From positions 22,549 through 48,963 of the forward strand of contig DNJM01000050.1 of the NCBI GenBank assembly GCA_003489085.1: a DNA stretch of 26,415 nucleotides, written 5' to 3'. This DNA comes from Lachnospiraceae bacterium (GTDB lineage: Bacteria > Bacillota > Clostridia > Lachnospirales > Lachnospiraceae). Position numbers and translations under genes: made by a program. The notes beneath the pieces were generated by a model. That model saw only the letters and a list, made by a program, of their open reading frames with translations, was not told the DNA's origin and made no database searches. Shown here one piece after another: positions 7,261 to 16,147 of this stretch (position 1 is the stretch's first letter; every line of letters begins with the position of its first letter).

Positions 7261-9447
7261 ATGAGTATTATCTATAATAAAGCAAGCAAAACCATTACCC
7301 TGCATACCAGACATACCTCCTACCAAATGAAAATCGGTAATCTGGACTATCTGCTGCATCTTTACTATGGTCCATCCATCTGTGATGCAGATATGAGCTA
7401 CCAGGTGATGCAGTATGACCGTGGATTCTCCGGGAATCCATACGAATCCAGAAATGCCCGGAAATTCTCTCTGGACGCACAGCCGCAGGAATTTACCACA
7501 CAGCAGCAGGGAGACTTCCGCACTGCCAGTATCGAAGTCGTAAACAGCGACGGAAGCTACTCCTATCATGGAAAGGCCGTTGATTTTAAAATCACAAAAG
7601 GAAAATATCAGCTGGAAACCCTTCCGTGTGTATTTGCAGCAGAAGGCGATACCGTGGATACACTGGAAATCACCTTACTGGATGCTGTCAGCAAGGTACA
7701 GGTCATTTTACTGTACAGTGTATTTGAAGCGGCGGATATTATCACCCGTGCCGTTAAGGTAAAAAATGCCGGCATCGAATCTATTCATCTGAAAAAAATC
7801 ATGTCCGTCTGTCTCGATTTCCTAAATGGCTCTGATCTTGACTTAATCAGCCTGCCGGGCCGCTACGGACAGGAAAGACAGGTAGAGCGCCAGAGAATGA
7901 CGCATCATATCCATACCATCGGCAGTGTACGTGGCTCCTCCAGCCATCAGCAGAATCCTTTTGTCATGCTGTGTGACAAAAATGCCACGGAGGACTATGG
8001 GAAATGTTATGGCTTTTCTCTGATGTACAGCGGAAATTTCCTTGCGGAAGCCGAACTGGATCAGTATGATCAGCTGCGCCTTGTAATGGGAATCCATCCA
8101 AAACAATTCGTTTATGAAATAAAACCACAGGAAGTATTTGAAGGTCCCGAGGTGGTAATGGCCTTTTCCGAGCACGGCTTCACCGGTCTTTCCCATCTGT
8201 ATCATGATTTCTACCGTACCAATCTATGCCGCAGTAAATTTGTAAAGGATGTACAGCGACCGGTTCTGATCAACAGCTGGGAAGCTGCCTTCATGGATTT
8301 TGATGATGTCAAGCTGGTAAATATCGCCAAAGCCGCTAAAAAAATGGGCGTTGATCTGCTGGTTATGGATGACGGGTGGTTTGGAAAACGTGACGATGAC
8401 AACAGCAGTCTTGGAGACTGGTATGTCAATGAAAAGAAAATCAAATGCGGTTTGCACAAGCTTGTAGAACAGATCAATGATCTGGGTATGAAATTCGGTA
8501 TCTGGTTTGAACCGGAAATGGTTTCAGAGGACAGCGAACTATACCGCGCACACCCGGAATGGGCTATGCAGATTCCGGGGCGGCATGCCGTACGCAGCCG
8601 AAACCAGCTGGCTCTGGATATGAGCCGGAAGGATGTGCAGGACTATCTGATCGAAAAGGTCAATACCATCCTGGACACTGCAAATATCTACTATGTTAAA
8701 TGGGATATCAACCGTTCCATTACCGACATCTGGTCCAATGAAATGCCTGCAGACAAGCAGGGCGAAGTATACCATCGCTACATACTGGGATTATATCGTG
8801 TAATGAATGAGATTATCCTGACACATCCTGACATCCTGTTTGAGGGCTGCAGCGGCGGCGGCGGACGTTATGATGCAGCCATGCTGCACTACTATCCACA
8901 GTACTGGGTGAGCGACAACAATCATCCAATTGATCGGCTGAAGCTGCACTATGGTACCTCCTTCGTATATCCGGTTTCCACGATGGGAGCCCATATCTCG
9001 GACAGCGGAAAGTTCGTTCCACTGAAAACAAAAGCAGTAGTCGCCATGTGCGGGACCTTCGGATATGAGCTGGATGCCACACATCTGACCCGTAAGGAGC
9101 AGAAGCTGTGTAAGGAGCAGAGTGACCTTTTCCGTAAATACTACCACATTATTTTTGAAGGGGATTACTACCGCTTAAGTAATCCATTTGAACTGGGCAA
9201 CATGACTGCATGGCAGCATGTCACCAAGGACAAAACGGAAGCCCTTCTGAGCGTTGTTGTTACAAATCTGACCTGCAATGGTCCTCAGGAATATGTCAAA
9301 GCAAAAGGGCTGGAGCCAAACTATATGTATACCATCAATAACAGTAAGGAAGCTTACTCCGGCGCTGCGCTGATGCATGCAGGACTTCCGATCGACCGTG
9401 AGGTACCGGAATATTCCTCCTTCCAGTTCTATCTAAAGAAAAAATAA
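7261..9447 (+). CDS. Alpha-galactosidase, glycoside hydrolase family 36
   Basis: PVLINSWEA, LLVMDDGWFGKRDDD, FGIWFEPEMV, YVKWDINR (nucleophile motif), FEGCSGGGGRYD, WVSDN (acid/base motif). Confidence 0.95.
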   Translation: MSIIYNKASKTITLHTRHTSYQMKIGNLDYLLHLYYGPSICDADMSYQVMQYDRGFSGNPYESRNARKFSLDAQPQEFTTQQQGDFRTASIEVVNSDGSYSYHGKAVDFKITKGKYQLETLPCVFAAEGDTVDTLEITLLDAVSKVQVILLYSVFEAADIITRAVKVKNAGIESIHLKKIMSVCLDFLNGSDLDLISLPGRYGQERQVERQRMTHHIHTIGSVRGSSSHQQNPFVMLCDKNATEDYGKCYGFSLMYSGNFLAEAELDQYDQLRLVMGIHPKQFVYEIKPQEVFEGPEVVMAFSEHGFTGLSHLYHDFYRTNLCRSKFVKDVQRPVLINSWEAAFMDFDDVKLVNIAKAAKKMGVDLLVMDDGWFGKRDDDNSSLGDWYVNEKKIKCGLHKLVEQINDLGMKFGIWFEPEMVSEDSELYRAHPEWAMQIPGRHAVRSRNQLALDMSRKDVQDYLIEKVNTILDTANIYYVKWDINRSITDIWSNEMPADKQGEVYHRYILGLYRVMNEIILTHPDILFEGCSGGGGRYDAAMLHYYPQYWVSDNNHPIDRLKLHYGTSFVYPVSTMGAHISDSGKFVPLKTKAVVAMCGTFGYELDATHLTRKEQKLCKEQSDLFRKYYHIIFEGDYYRLSNPFELGNMTAWQHVTKDKTEALLSVVVTNLTCNGPQEYVKAKGLEPNYMYTINNSKEAYSGAALMHAGLPIDREVPEYSSFQFYLKKK

Positions 9448-9457
9448 TACGATCACT

Positions 9458-9489
9458 GATACCGATGCCCTTCCGGCCGCATCGGTATC
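9458..9489. terminator. Hairpin between convergent genes, probable terminator
   Basis: GATACCGATGC-N10-GCATCGGTATC, a perfect 11-bp stem between the alpha-galactosidase stop and the 9496 stop. Confidence 0.7.
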
Positions 9490-9495
9490 GGCATT

Positions 9496-9849
9496 TTATT
9501 CCGTTTTGCCACTGTTTAGGGAAATACTATTTCGTAATACTTCTTTCGGTGCTTCAATTTCCCGGGCTATCGTATGCTCTGTCAGTTCGGACAGTGCCCT
9601 GATCTTCCGATTCAGCATCGCCCGCATACAATTCGGCACATGTTCTTCATGTGCCCTGTGTATAGCCACACATTCTTTACAATTCCCGTGATAGCGGCAT
9701 GCCTTCTGACAGGGACAATGGTCTTTCTGTGCATACTCCTCCCGAAAGCGGGCAGCGAATTCTTCCTGGATCCGCAGACCCTCCGCACGATTGCCCTTAT
9801 GAAATTCCCCCATTGCTGCTTTTTCAATTTCATTTCCATCAATCTTCAT
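9496..9849 (-). CDS. Small Cys/His-rich hypothetical protein (DUF6485-like), putative metal-binding
   Basis: Motif CPC-x3-C-x2-HG-x-C-x2-C-x3-H-x8-C. GGGAGA RBS. Divergent from the AraC gene. Confidence 0.7.
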   Translation of the reverse strand: MKIDGNEIEKAAMGEFHKGNRAEGLRIQEEFAARFREEYAQKDHCPCQKACRYHGNCKECVAIHRAHEEHVPNCMRAMLNRKIRALSELTEHTIAREIEAPKEVLRNSISLNSGKTE

Positions 9850-9899
9850 AGGTCATTCTCCCTTCATTTTCATCAATCACATAATATCCTCTTTCCTGC

Positions 9900-9928
9900 T
9901 TGAAATATAGCCATTTTCCCTCTATAAT
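9900..9928 (+). promoter_or_regulatory. Sigma-A promoter for the AraC gene
   Basis: TTGAAA (9900-9905) - 17 nt - TATAAT (9923-9928). Confidence 0.7.
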
Positions 9929-9969
9929 TTATCAATATATCACCAGATCACTCCAAGGAGGAAACCAGT

Positions 9970-10854
9970 ATGACAACGCAGTCCCCGATCTGTTCACATA
10001 ATCCCTACCACACTGCCCGCTTTCCTTTACTCGTCCTGGACGTCACACGGCAGATCTGCAATCCGCCGAATGAAGGCTTCCGCGTTCTGCACTGGCACGA
10101 CGAAATACAGTTGGTATATATTCTAAAGGGCGTAGTACATTTTAAAATCTATGATCAGGAAATCGACCTGTCTGCTCATGACTGTATGTTTATCAATCGA
10201 ACCGTCCTGCATCATATCACAGAAAAAGAGGATTGCCATTATCATAGCTTTATCATTCCGCCCCGTATGCTTTCCTTTTTTCCCGGAAGCATCATGGAAC
10301 AGGATGACGTAGGAAATATCATCAACAATCCTTTCCTGACACACTATCCGCTTTATGCCTCCCGGCCGGAATATCATGATTTTTTCAGACAACTGAAGCT
10401 TCTGGATGAGCTTTATTTCCAGGAAGAACAGCAGGCGCACCATGCCTATCGTCTGGCGATCCGTCTGTCCCAGGTCTGGCTGGAGCTAATTTCCCTGCTG
10501 CCGTCACAGGAAGCATCTCAGCCAGCAAAAAAATATGATCGGATCCGCACCATGCTTTCCTATATTCATACCAACTATCCACAGGAACTATCCCTGGCAG
10601 ATATTGCGGCTTCCGCTCACATCAGCCAAAGCGAATGTCTCCGCTGCTTTAACCGTTTTATCCACTGTTCTCCTTATCAGTATCTGATACAGTACCGGCT
10701 GCATATGAGTACCACTCTTCTGCTCACTACAGAGAGAACTGTTACGGAAATCGCTTTTCTGGTGGGATTCCATTCGGTCAGCTCCTATATCCGTTACTTC
10801 AGACAATACTATCGGACCACACCGCTAAAATATCGTTCTGCCAAAAATTACTGA
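9970..10854 (+). CDS. AraC family transcriptional regulator with N-terminal cupin domain
   Basis: LHWHDEIQLVYI cupin motif; C-terminal LSLADIAASAHISQSECLRCF and TVTEIAFLVGFHSVSSYIRYFR double HTH. AAGGAGG RBS. Confidence 0.93.
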   Translation: MTTQSPICSHNPYHTARFPLLVLDVTRQICNPPNEGFRVLHWHDEIQLVYILKGVVHFKIYDQEIDLSAHDCMFINRTVLHHITEKEDCHYHSFIIPPRMLSFFPGSIMEQDDVGNIINNPFLTHYPLYASRPEYHDFFRQLKLLDELYFQEEQQAHHAYRLAIRLSQVWLELISLLPSQEASQPAKKYDRIRTMLSYIHTNYPQELSLADIAASAHISQSECLRCFNRFIHCSPYQYLIQYRLHMSTTLLLTTERTVTEIAFLVGFHSVSSYIRYFRQYYRTTPLKYRSAKNY

Positions 10855-10889
10855 TATTCCATAATTTTTTCAGAATCTACAACTTCCCC

Positions 10890-10918
10890 CTTACATTTTT
10901 CTAATTCTCCTATATAAT
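10890..10918 (+). promoter_or_regulatory. Candidate sigma-A promoter for carB
   Basis: TATAAT at 10913-10918 with a weak -35 (CTTACA or TTACAT) 17 or 16 nt upstream. Confidence 0.45.
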
Positions 10919-10970
10919 AGGGAAAAGAAGAAATTAAGTTCTAAAAACCTACAAACGAGGAGGGTATCAT

Positions 10971-13900
10971 ATGCCACAGAGAACAGATATTCACAAAGTA
11001 CTGATCATCGGATCCGGGCCGATTATTATCGGACAGGCATGCGAATTTGACTATTCCGGAACGCAGGCGTGCAAAGCGCTTCGGAAGCTCGGATACGAAA
11101 TTGTACTTGTCAATTCCAATCCGGCCACTATTATGACCGATCCGGAGACTGCAGATGTGACCTATATCGAACCGCTGAATGTAGAACGTCTGGAACAGAT
11201 TATTGCCAAAGAACGTCCGGATGCACTGCTGCCGAACCTGGGAGGCCAATCCGGTCTGAACCTTTGCGCTGAATTAGCAAAGGAAGGTATTCTGGATAAA
11301 TATCACGTAAAAGTCATCGGTGTACAGGTAGATGCGATTGAACGCGGAGAGGACCGCATTGAATTTAAAAAGGCCATGGACAAGCTTGGTATTGAAATGG
11401 CAAGAAGTGAAGTTGCCTACAGTGTGGAAGAAGCACTGGCTATTGCAGATAAGCTCGGCTATCCGGTTGTTCTGCGTCCGGCTTATACCATGGGCGGTGC
11501 CGGCGGCGGACTGGTCTATAATAAAGACGAGCTCAGAACCGTATGTGCCAGAGGCCTGCAGGCCAGCCTGGTCGGACAGGTACTCGTCGAAGAATCCATT
11601 CTGGGATGGGAAGAGCTGGAGCTGGAGATCGTCCGCGACTCTGAAAATAACATGATCACCGTATGCTTCATAGAAAATATTGACCCGCTGGGTGTACACA
11701 CCGGTGATTCCTTCTGCTCTGCCCCAATGCTGACAATCTCCGAAGAATGTCAGAAACGTCTGCAGGAACAGGCATACAAGATCGTCGAATCCGTTCAGGT
11801 GATCGGCGGTACAAACGTACAGTTTGCACACGACCCGGTCAGCGACCGTATCGTTGTCATCGAAATCAACCCAAGAACCTCCCGTTCTTCTGCACTGGCC
11901 TCCAAGGCTACCGGATTCCCGATTGCACTGGTTTCTGCTATGCTTGCAACCGGTCTGACACTGAAGGATATTCCATGCGGGAAATACGGCACACTGGATA
12001 AATATGTTCCGGACGGCGACTATGTCGTAATCAAGTTTGCCCGTTGGGCATTTGAAAAGTTCAAGGGTGTAGAAGACAAGCTCGGAACACAGATGCGTGC
12101 TGTCGGTGAAGTCATGAGTATCGGTAAGACCTATAAAGAAGCCTTCCAGAAAGCGATCCGCAGCCTGGAAACCGGACGCTACGGTCTGGGTCATGCGAAG
12201 GATTTTGCAGACAGGAGCAAGGAGGAGCTGCTGCAGATGCTCATTACCCCAACCAGCGAACGGCATTTTGTAATGTATGAAGCACTTCGCAAGGGTGCGA
12301 CGGTTGAAGAAATTCATGAACTGACTAAAGTAAAGAACTGGTTTATCGAACAAATGAAGGAACTGGTAGAAGAGGAAGAAGCTCTGTCTGCATGCAAAGG
12401 TGCCCTGCCTTCCGATGAGATGCTGACACAGGCAAAGAAAGACGGTTTTTCCGACAAATACCTGAGCCAGATTCTGGAGATCCCGGAGGCGGATATTCGC
12501 AGCCACCGTATTTCCATCGGCGTAGAAGAGTCCTGGGAAGGCGTTCATGTCAGCGGCACCCCGGACAGTGCTTATTACTACTCTACCTACAACGCACCAG
12601 ATAAAAACCCGACTCATACAAACAAGCCGAAGATCATGATTCTGGGCGGCGGACCGAACCGGATCGGGCAGGGTATCGAATTCGACTACTGCTGCGTGCA
12701 TGCTTCTCTGGCATTGAAAAAGCTTGGATTTGAAACCATTATTGTAAACTGTAACCCGGAAACCGTTTCCACAGATTATGATACCTCCGACAAACTGTAT
12801 TTTGAACCACTGACTGCTGAAGATGTTCTCAGTATCTATAAGAAGGAACAGCCGGTCGGTGTTATCGCACAGTTCGGCGGGCAGACACCGCTGAACCTGG
12901 CTGCAGAGCTGGAAGCAAATGGTGTGAAAATACTCGGGACCTCCCCGGCTGTCATCGATCTGGCGGAAGATCGTGATCTGTTCCGTGCAATGATGGATAA
13001 GCTGGAAATCCCGATGCCGGAATCCGGAATGGCAACAACCGTAGAAGAAGCACTTGCCATCGCAAAAGAAATCGGTTATCCGGTTATGGTGCGTCCTTCC
13101 TATGTACTGGGCGGCCGCGGAATGGAAGTCGTTTATGACGATGAAAGCATGGAAAATTATATGAAGGCTGCTGTCGGTGTTACACCAGACCGCCCGATTC
13201 TGATCGACCGCTTCCTGAACCACGCCATGGAATGCGAAGCTGATGCGATCAGCGATGGAACTCATGCATTCGTACCGGCTGTCATGGAACACATCGAGCT
13301 GGCCGGCGTACACTCCGGAGACTCTGCATGTATCATTCCTTCTGCTCATATTTCACCGGAAAATGTGGAGACAATTAAAGAATACACCCGTAAGATTGCA
13401 GAAGAAATGCATGTCAGGGGTCTGATGAATATGCAGTATGCAATCGAAAATGGCAAAGTATATGTACTCGAAGCCAACCCGCGTGCTTCCCGTACCGTAC
13501 CGCTGGTATCCAAGGTCTGCAATATCCGCATGGTACCGCTTGCAACCGACATCATTACCTCTGAACTGACCGGACGCCCGTCACCGGTTCCGAAATTAAA
13601 GGAACAGGTAATCCCATACTACGGCGTTAAGGAAGCTGTCTTCCCATTCAATATGTTCCAGGAGGTAGACCCGGTTCTGGGACCGGAAATGCGCTCTACC
13701 GGCGAGGTACTCGGACTGTCCCCATCCTATGGGGAAGCCTTCTACAAAGCACAGGAAGCAACCCAGTCCAGACTGCCGCTTAACGGTACGGTACTGATTT
13801 CCGTCAACCGGAAGGATAAATCAGAGGTTATAGAAGTGGCAAAGAACTTTGCAGAGGATGGTTTCCGGATTCTGGCAACCGGAAATACCTGTGATCTGAT

Positions 13901-14195
13901 TCGCGAAGCCGGAATCGAAGCGGAAAAAGTAAAGAAACGCTTTGAAGGCCGTCCAAACGTGCAGGATCTGATTACGAACGGCGATATTCAACTGGTCATC
14001 AACTCACCTGTCGGAAAAGACAGTATCTATGATGACAGCTATCTTAGAAAAACAGCAATTAAAGCTAAGGTTCCTTATATGACTACGATCGCTGCTGCTC
14101 TGGCTACAGCAAAGGGGATCCACTCCATTAATAAAAATGGAAACAGCGAGGTAAAGTCCCTTCAGGAACTGCACAGCCAGATTCATGACAAATAA
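10971..14195 (+). CDS. carB: Carbamoyl-phosphate synthase large subunit
   Basis: IGSGPIIIGQACEFDYSGTQACKAL, NSNPATIMTD, GVHTGDS, EINPRTSRSSALASKATG, second half GGGPNRIGQGIEFDY, EANPRASRT, C-terminal MGS domain. Confidence 0.98.
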   Translation: MPQRTDIHKVLIIGSGPIIIGQACEFDYSGTQACKALRKLGYEIVLVNSNPATIMTDPETADVTYIEPLNVERLEQIIAKERPDALLPNLGGQSGLNLCAELAKEGILDKYHVKVIGVQVDAIERGEDRIEFKKAMDKLGIEMARSEVAYSVEEALAIADKLGYPVVLRPAYTMGGAGGGLVYNKDELRTVCARGLQASLVGQVLVEESILGWEELELEIVRDSENNMITVCFIENIDPLGVHTGDSFCSAPMLTISEECQKRLQEQAYKIVESVQVIGGTNVQFAHDPVSDRIVVIEINPRTSRSSALASKATGFPIALVSAMLATGLTLKDIPCGKYGTLDKYVPDGDYVVIKFARWAFEKFKGVEDKLGTQMRAVGEVMSIGKTYKEAFQKAIRSLETGRYGLGHAKDFADRSKEELLQMLITPTSERHFVMYEALRKGATVEEIHELTKVKNWFIEQMKELVEEEEALSACKGALPSDEMLTQAKKDGFSDKYLSQILEIPEADIRSHRISIGVEESWEGVHVSGTPDSAYYYSTYNAPDKNPTHTNKPKIMILGGGPNRIGQGIEFDYCCVHASLALKKLGFETIIVNCNPETVSTDYDTSDKLYFEPLTAEDVLSIYKKEQPVGVIAQFGGQTPLNLAAELEANGVKILGTSPAVIDLAEDRDLFRAMMDKLEIPMPESGMATTVEEALAIAKEIGYPVMVRPSYVLGGRGMEVVYDDESMENYMKAAVGVTPDRPILIDRFLNHAMECEADAISDGTHAFVPAVMEHIELAGVHSGDSACIIPSAHISPENVETIKEYTRKIAEEMHVRGLMNMQYAIENGKVYVLEANPRASRTVPLVSKVCNIRMVPLATDIITSELTGRPSPVPKLKEQVIPYYGVKEAVFPFNMFQEVDPVLGPEMRSTGEVLGLSPSYGEAFYKAQEATQSRLPLNGTVLISVNRKDKSEVIEVAKNFAEDGFRILATGNTCDLIREAGIEAEKVKKRFEGRPNVQDLITNGDIQLVINSPVGKDSIYDDSYLRKTAIKAKVPYMTTIAAALATAKGIHSINKNGNSEVKSLQELHSQIHDK

Positions 14196-14204
14196 GATTT
14201 TAGG

Positions 14205-14245
14205 AAATATGCAGCAGGAGAGAATTACTTCTGCTGCATATTTTT
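14205..14245 (+). terminator. Intrinsic terminator after carB
   Basis: AAATATGCAGCAG-N13-CTGCTGCATATTT followed by a T-run. Confidence 0.85.
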
Positions 14246-14328
14246 CTATTTTTCCCTGTTAGATTCCTCTGACTTTGTCATTAAATTGTCAACTGTTAAC
14301 AAAATTTCGTTTATCTGAGCATAAAATA

Positions 14329-14357
14329 TTGACGTGTTGCACATTTATTGCTAAAAT
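14329..14357 (+). promoter_or_regulatory. Sigma-A promoter for pruA
   Basis: TTGACG - 17 nt - TAAAAT with extended -10 TG. Confidence 0.75.
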
Positions 14358-14367
14358 GAACCTAGTA

Positions 14368-14514
14368 ATAAGTTCCCTGTGCATGGATTTCACTTCCATA
14401 AAGCTAAAATTGAATATGGATTCAGAAACAGAATGTTTCTGACAGGCGTATGACGGCCTGTTCTAACAGGTCATATCACAATTATTAAAAAACACAAATT
14501 TTTAGGGAACTTAT
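14368..14514 (+). ncRNA. Candidate structured 5' leader RNA of pruA (family not recognised)
   Basis: ATAAGTTCCCT (14368-14378) is the perfect complement of AGGGAACTTAT (14504-14514), enclosing several nested stems. It ends 6 nt before AGGAGG. Confidence 0.4.
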
Positions 14515-14535
14515 AGAATCAGGAGGAAAAAAAGC

Positions 14536-16086
14536 ATGCTAGAAGGATTCAAAAATGCCGCAGAACTGGATTTTTCATTAGCTGAAAACAAAAGAAAAAT
14601 CGAAGAAGCATTCCAGCAGGTAGACGCTGAAAAGGGCAGAGTATACCCACTGATTATTGGCGGAGAGCGTATTGAAACAGAGAAAAAAATCACTTCATTA
14701 TCTCCATCCACGAAAGAGGTACTGGGATATGCCTGCTCCTGCAGCCAGGAATTAGCAGAAAAAGCTATTCTTGCTGCCAACGAAGCATTTAAGAAATGGA
14801 GTCTGACTCCTGTCGATGAAAGAATCCGCTGTCTGAAAAAATTAGCTGTTTTGCTGGACGAGAATCGTTTCATCATCGATGCATGGAACGTAGAAGAAAG
14901 CGGTAAAAACTGGGGCGAAGCTGACGGAGAGCTTTGCGAACAGCTCGACTTTATTAACTCTTATGCAATGCATATGGCAAAGCTGGATCAGGGGCTGGAA
15001 CTGGTTCCAACCGATGAATATACCAAGTGCATCTACATACCGATCGGTGTAGGCGTGGCTGTTCCACCGTGGAACTTCCCACTGTCATTGCTCGGCGGAA
15101 TGGTTGCAGCAGCGGTTGTTACCGGTAATACAATCGTATGCAAGCCATCATCTGATACTCCAATCGTTGCATACAAGTTTATCGAGCTTTGTGAAAAAGC
15201 AGGCATTCCGGCAGGTGTTGTAAACTATATTCCGGGTTCAGGCTCTGATATTGGAGATTATATTGTTGAACATCCATTGACCAGATTCATCAACTTCACC
15301 GGATCAAAGAAGGTTGGATGCAGAATTAATGAACATGCTGCAAAGATTTCCGAAGGACAGAAATGGATTAAGCGCGTTGTCGCAGAGATGGGCGGCAAGA
15401 ATGCCATTGTTGTAGATTCTTCTGCGAATATCAAAAAAGCTGCACAGGGTATCGTAGCCTCTGCATTCACATTCCAGGGACAGAAGTGTTCTGCTTGTTC
15501 CCGTGCAATTGTTATGAGTGATGTTTATGAAGAGCTCGTAGCTGCTGTAGTAGAAGAAGCAAATAAGATGAAAGCAAACCAGGGCAGCGGAAGAAGCAAC
15601 GCTGCGATGGGTCCGGTTATCAACCAGGGCGCATATAACAGTATCACCAATTATATCGAAATCGGTCGTCAGGAAGGAACCATCGTTTGCGGCGGTAACT
15701 ACAGCGATGCAGAAGGATATTATATTGAACCAACTGTTATCCGCGATATTACAAGAGATGCAAGAATTGCAAATGAAGAAATCTTCGGACCTGTTCTTGC
15801 TATCATCAAAGTAGATTCCTTTGACGAAGCTCTGGATGTTGTAAATCAGACAGAATATGGTCTTACCGGCTCCGTATACAGCGAAAACCGTGAAAATATC
15901 ATGAAAGCGAAGATTGGATTCCATGTAGGAAATCTGTATTTTAACAGAAAATCAACCGCAGCTGTTGTACTGCAGCATCCATTTGGCGGATTTAATATGT
16001 CAGGTACAGATGCCAAGACCGGAACCAGCGATTATCTGACAAACTTCTTAAATCTGAAGTCTATTACAGAAGATCTGACAGACTAA
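14536..16086 (+). CDS. pruA: L-glutamate gamma-semialdehyde / 1-pyrroline-5-carboxylate dehydrogenase (RocA/PruA type)
   Basis: PPWNFP, INFTGS, AEMGGKN, catalytic FQGQKCSACSR, EEIFGPV, PFGGFNMSGTD. Length 516 aa and the N-terminal 'F.N....DFS' match the RocA-type family. Confidence 0.9.
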   Translation: MLEGFKNAAELDFSLAENKRKIEEAFQQVDAEKGRVYPLIIGGERIETEKKITSLSPSTKEVLGYACSCSQELAEKAILAANEAFKKWSLTPVDERIRCLKKLAVLLDENRFIIDAWNVEESGKNWGEADGELCEQLDFINSYAMHMAKLDQGLELVPTDEYTKCIYIPIGVGVAVPPWNFPLSLLGGMVAAAVVTGNTIVCKPSSDTPIVAYKFIELCEKAGIPAGVVNYIPGSGSDIGDYIVEHPLTRFINFTGSKKVGCRINEHAAKISEGQKWIKRVVAEMGGKNAIVVDSSANIKKAAQGIVASAFTFQGQKCSACSRAIVMSDVYEELVAAVVEEANKMKANQGSGRSNAAMGPVINQGAYNSITNYIEIGRQEGTIVCGGNYSDAEGYYIEPTVIRDITRDARIANEEIFGPVLAIIKVDSFDEALDVVNQTEYGLTGSVYSENRENIMKAKIGFHVGNLYFNRKSTAAVVLQHPFGGFNMSGTDAKTGTSDYLTNFLNLKSITEDLTD

Positions 16087-16099
16087 GCTATAATAAAAC

Positions 16100-16145
16100 A
16101 GTGCGTAAGAATCCTGGAAATAATATTCCAGGGTTTTTACGCACT
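16100..16145. terminator. Bidirectional terminator between pruA and truA
   Basis: AGTGCGTAAGAATCCTGGAA...TTCCAGGGTTTTTACGCACT forms a 20-bp stem with G-U pairs, flanked by A- and T-runs. Confidence 0.8.
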
Positions 16146-16147
16146 TT

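Noticed and set aside
11274-13349. 691-aa ORF antisense to carB
   Set aside because: It lies wholly on the opposite strand of a conserved gene, has no recognisable motif or RBS, and long antisense frames are a common by-product of codon bias.
14275-14292. Canonical Rex box TTGTCAT-TAAA-TTGTCAA
   Set aside because: Spacing is right but each arm matches the consensus at only about 5 of 7 positions, too weak to call.
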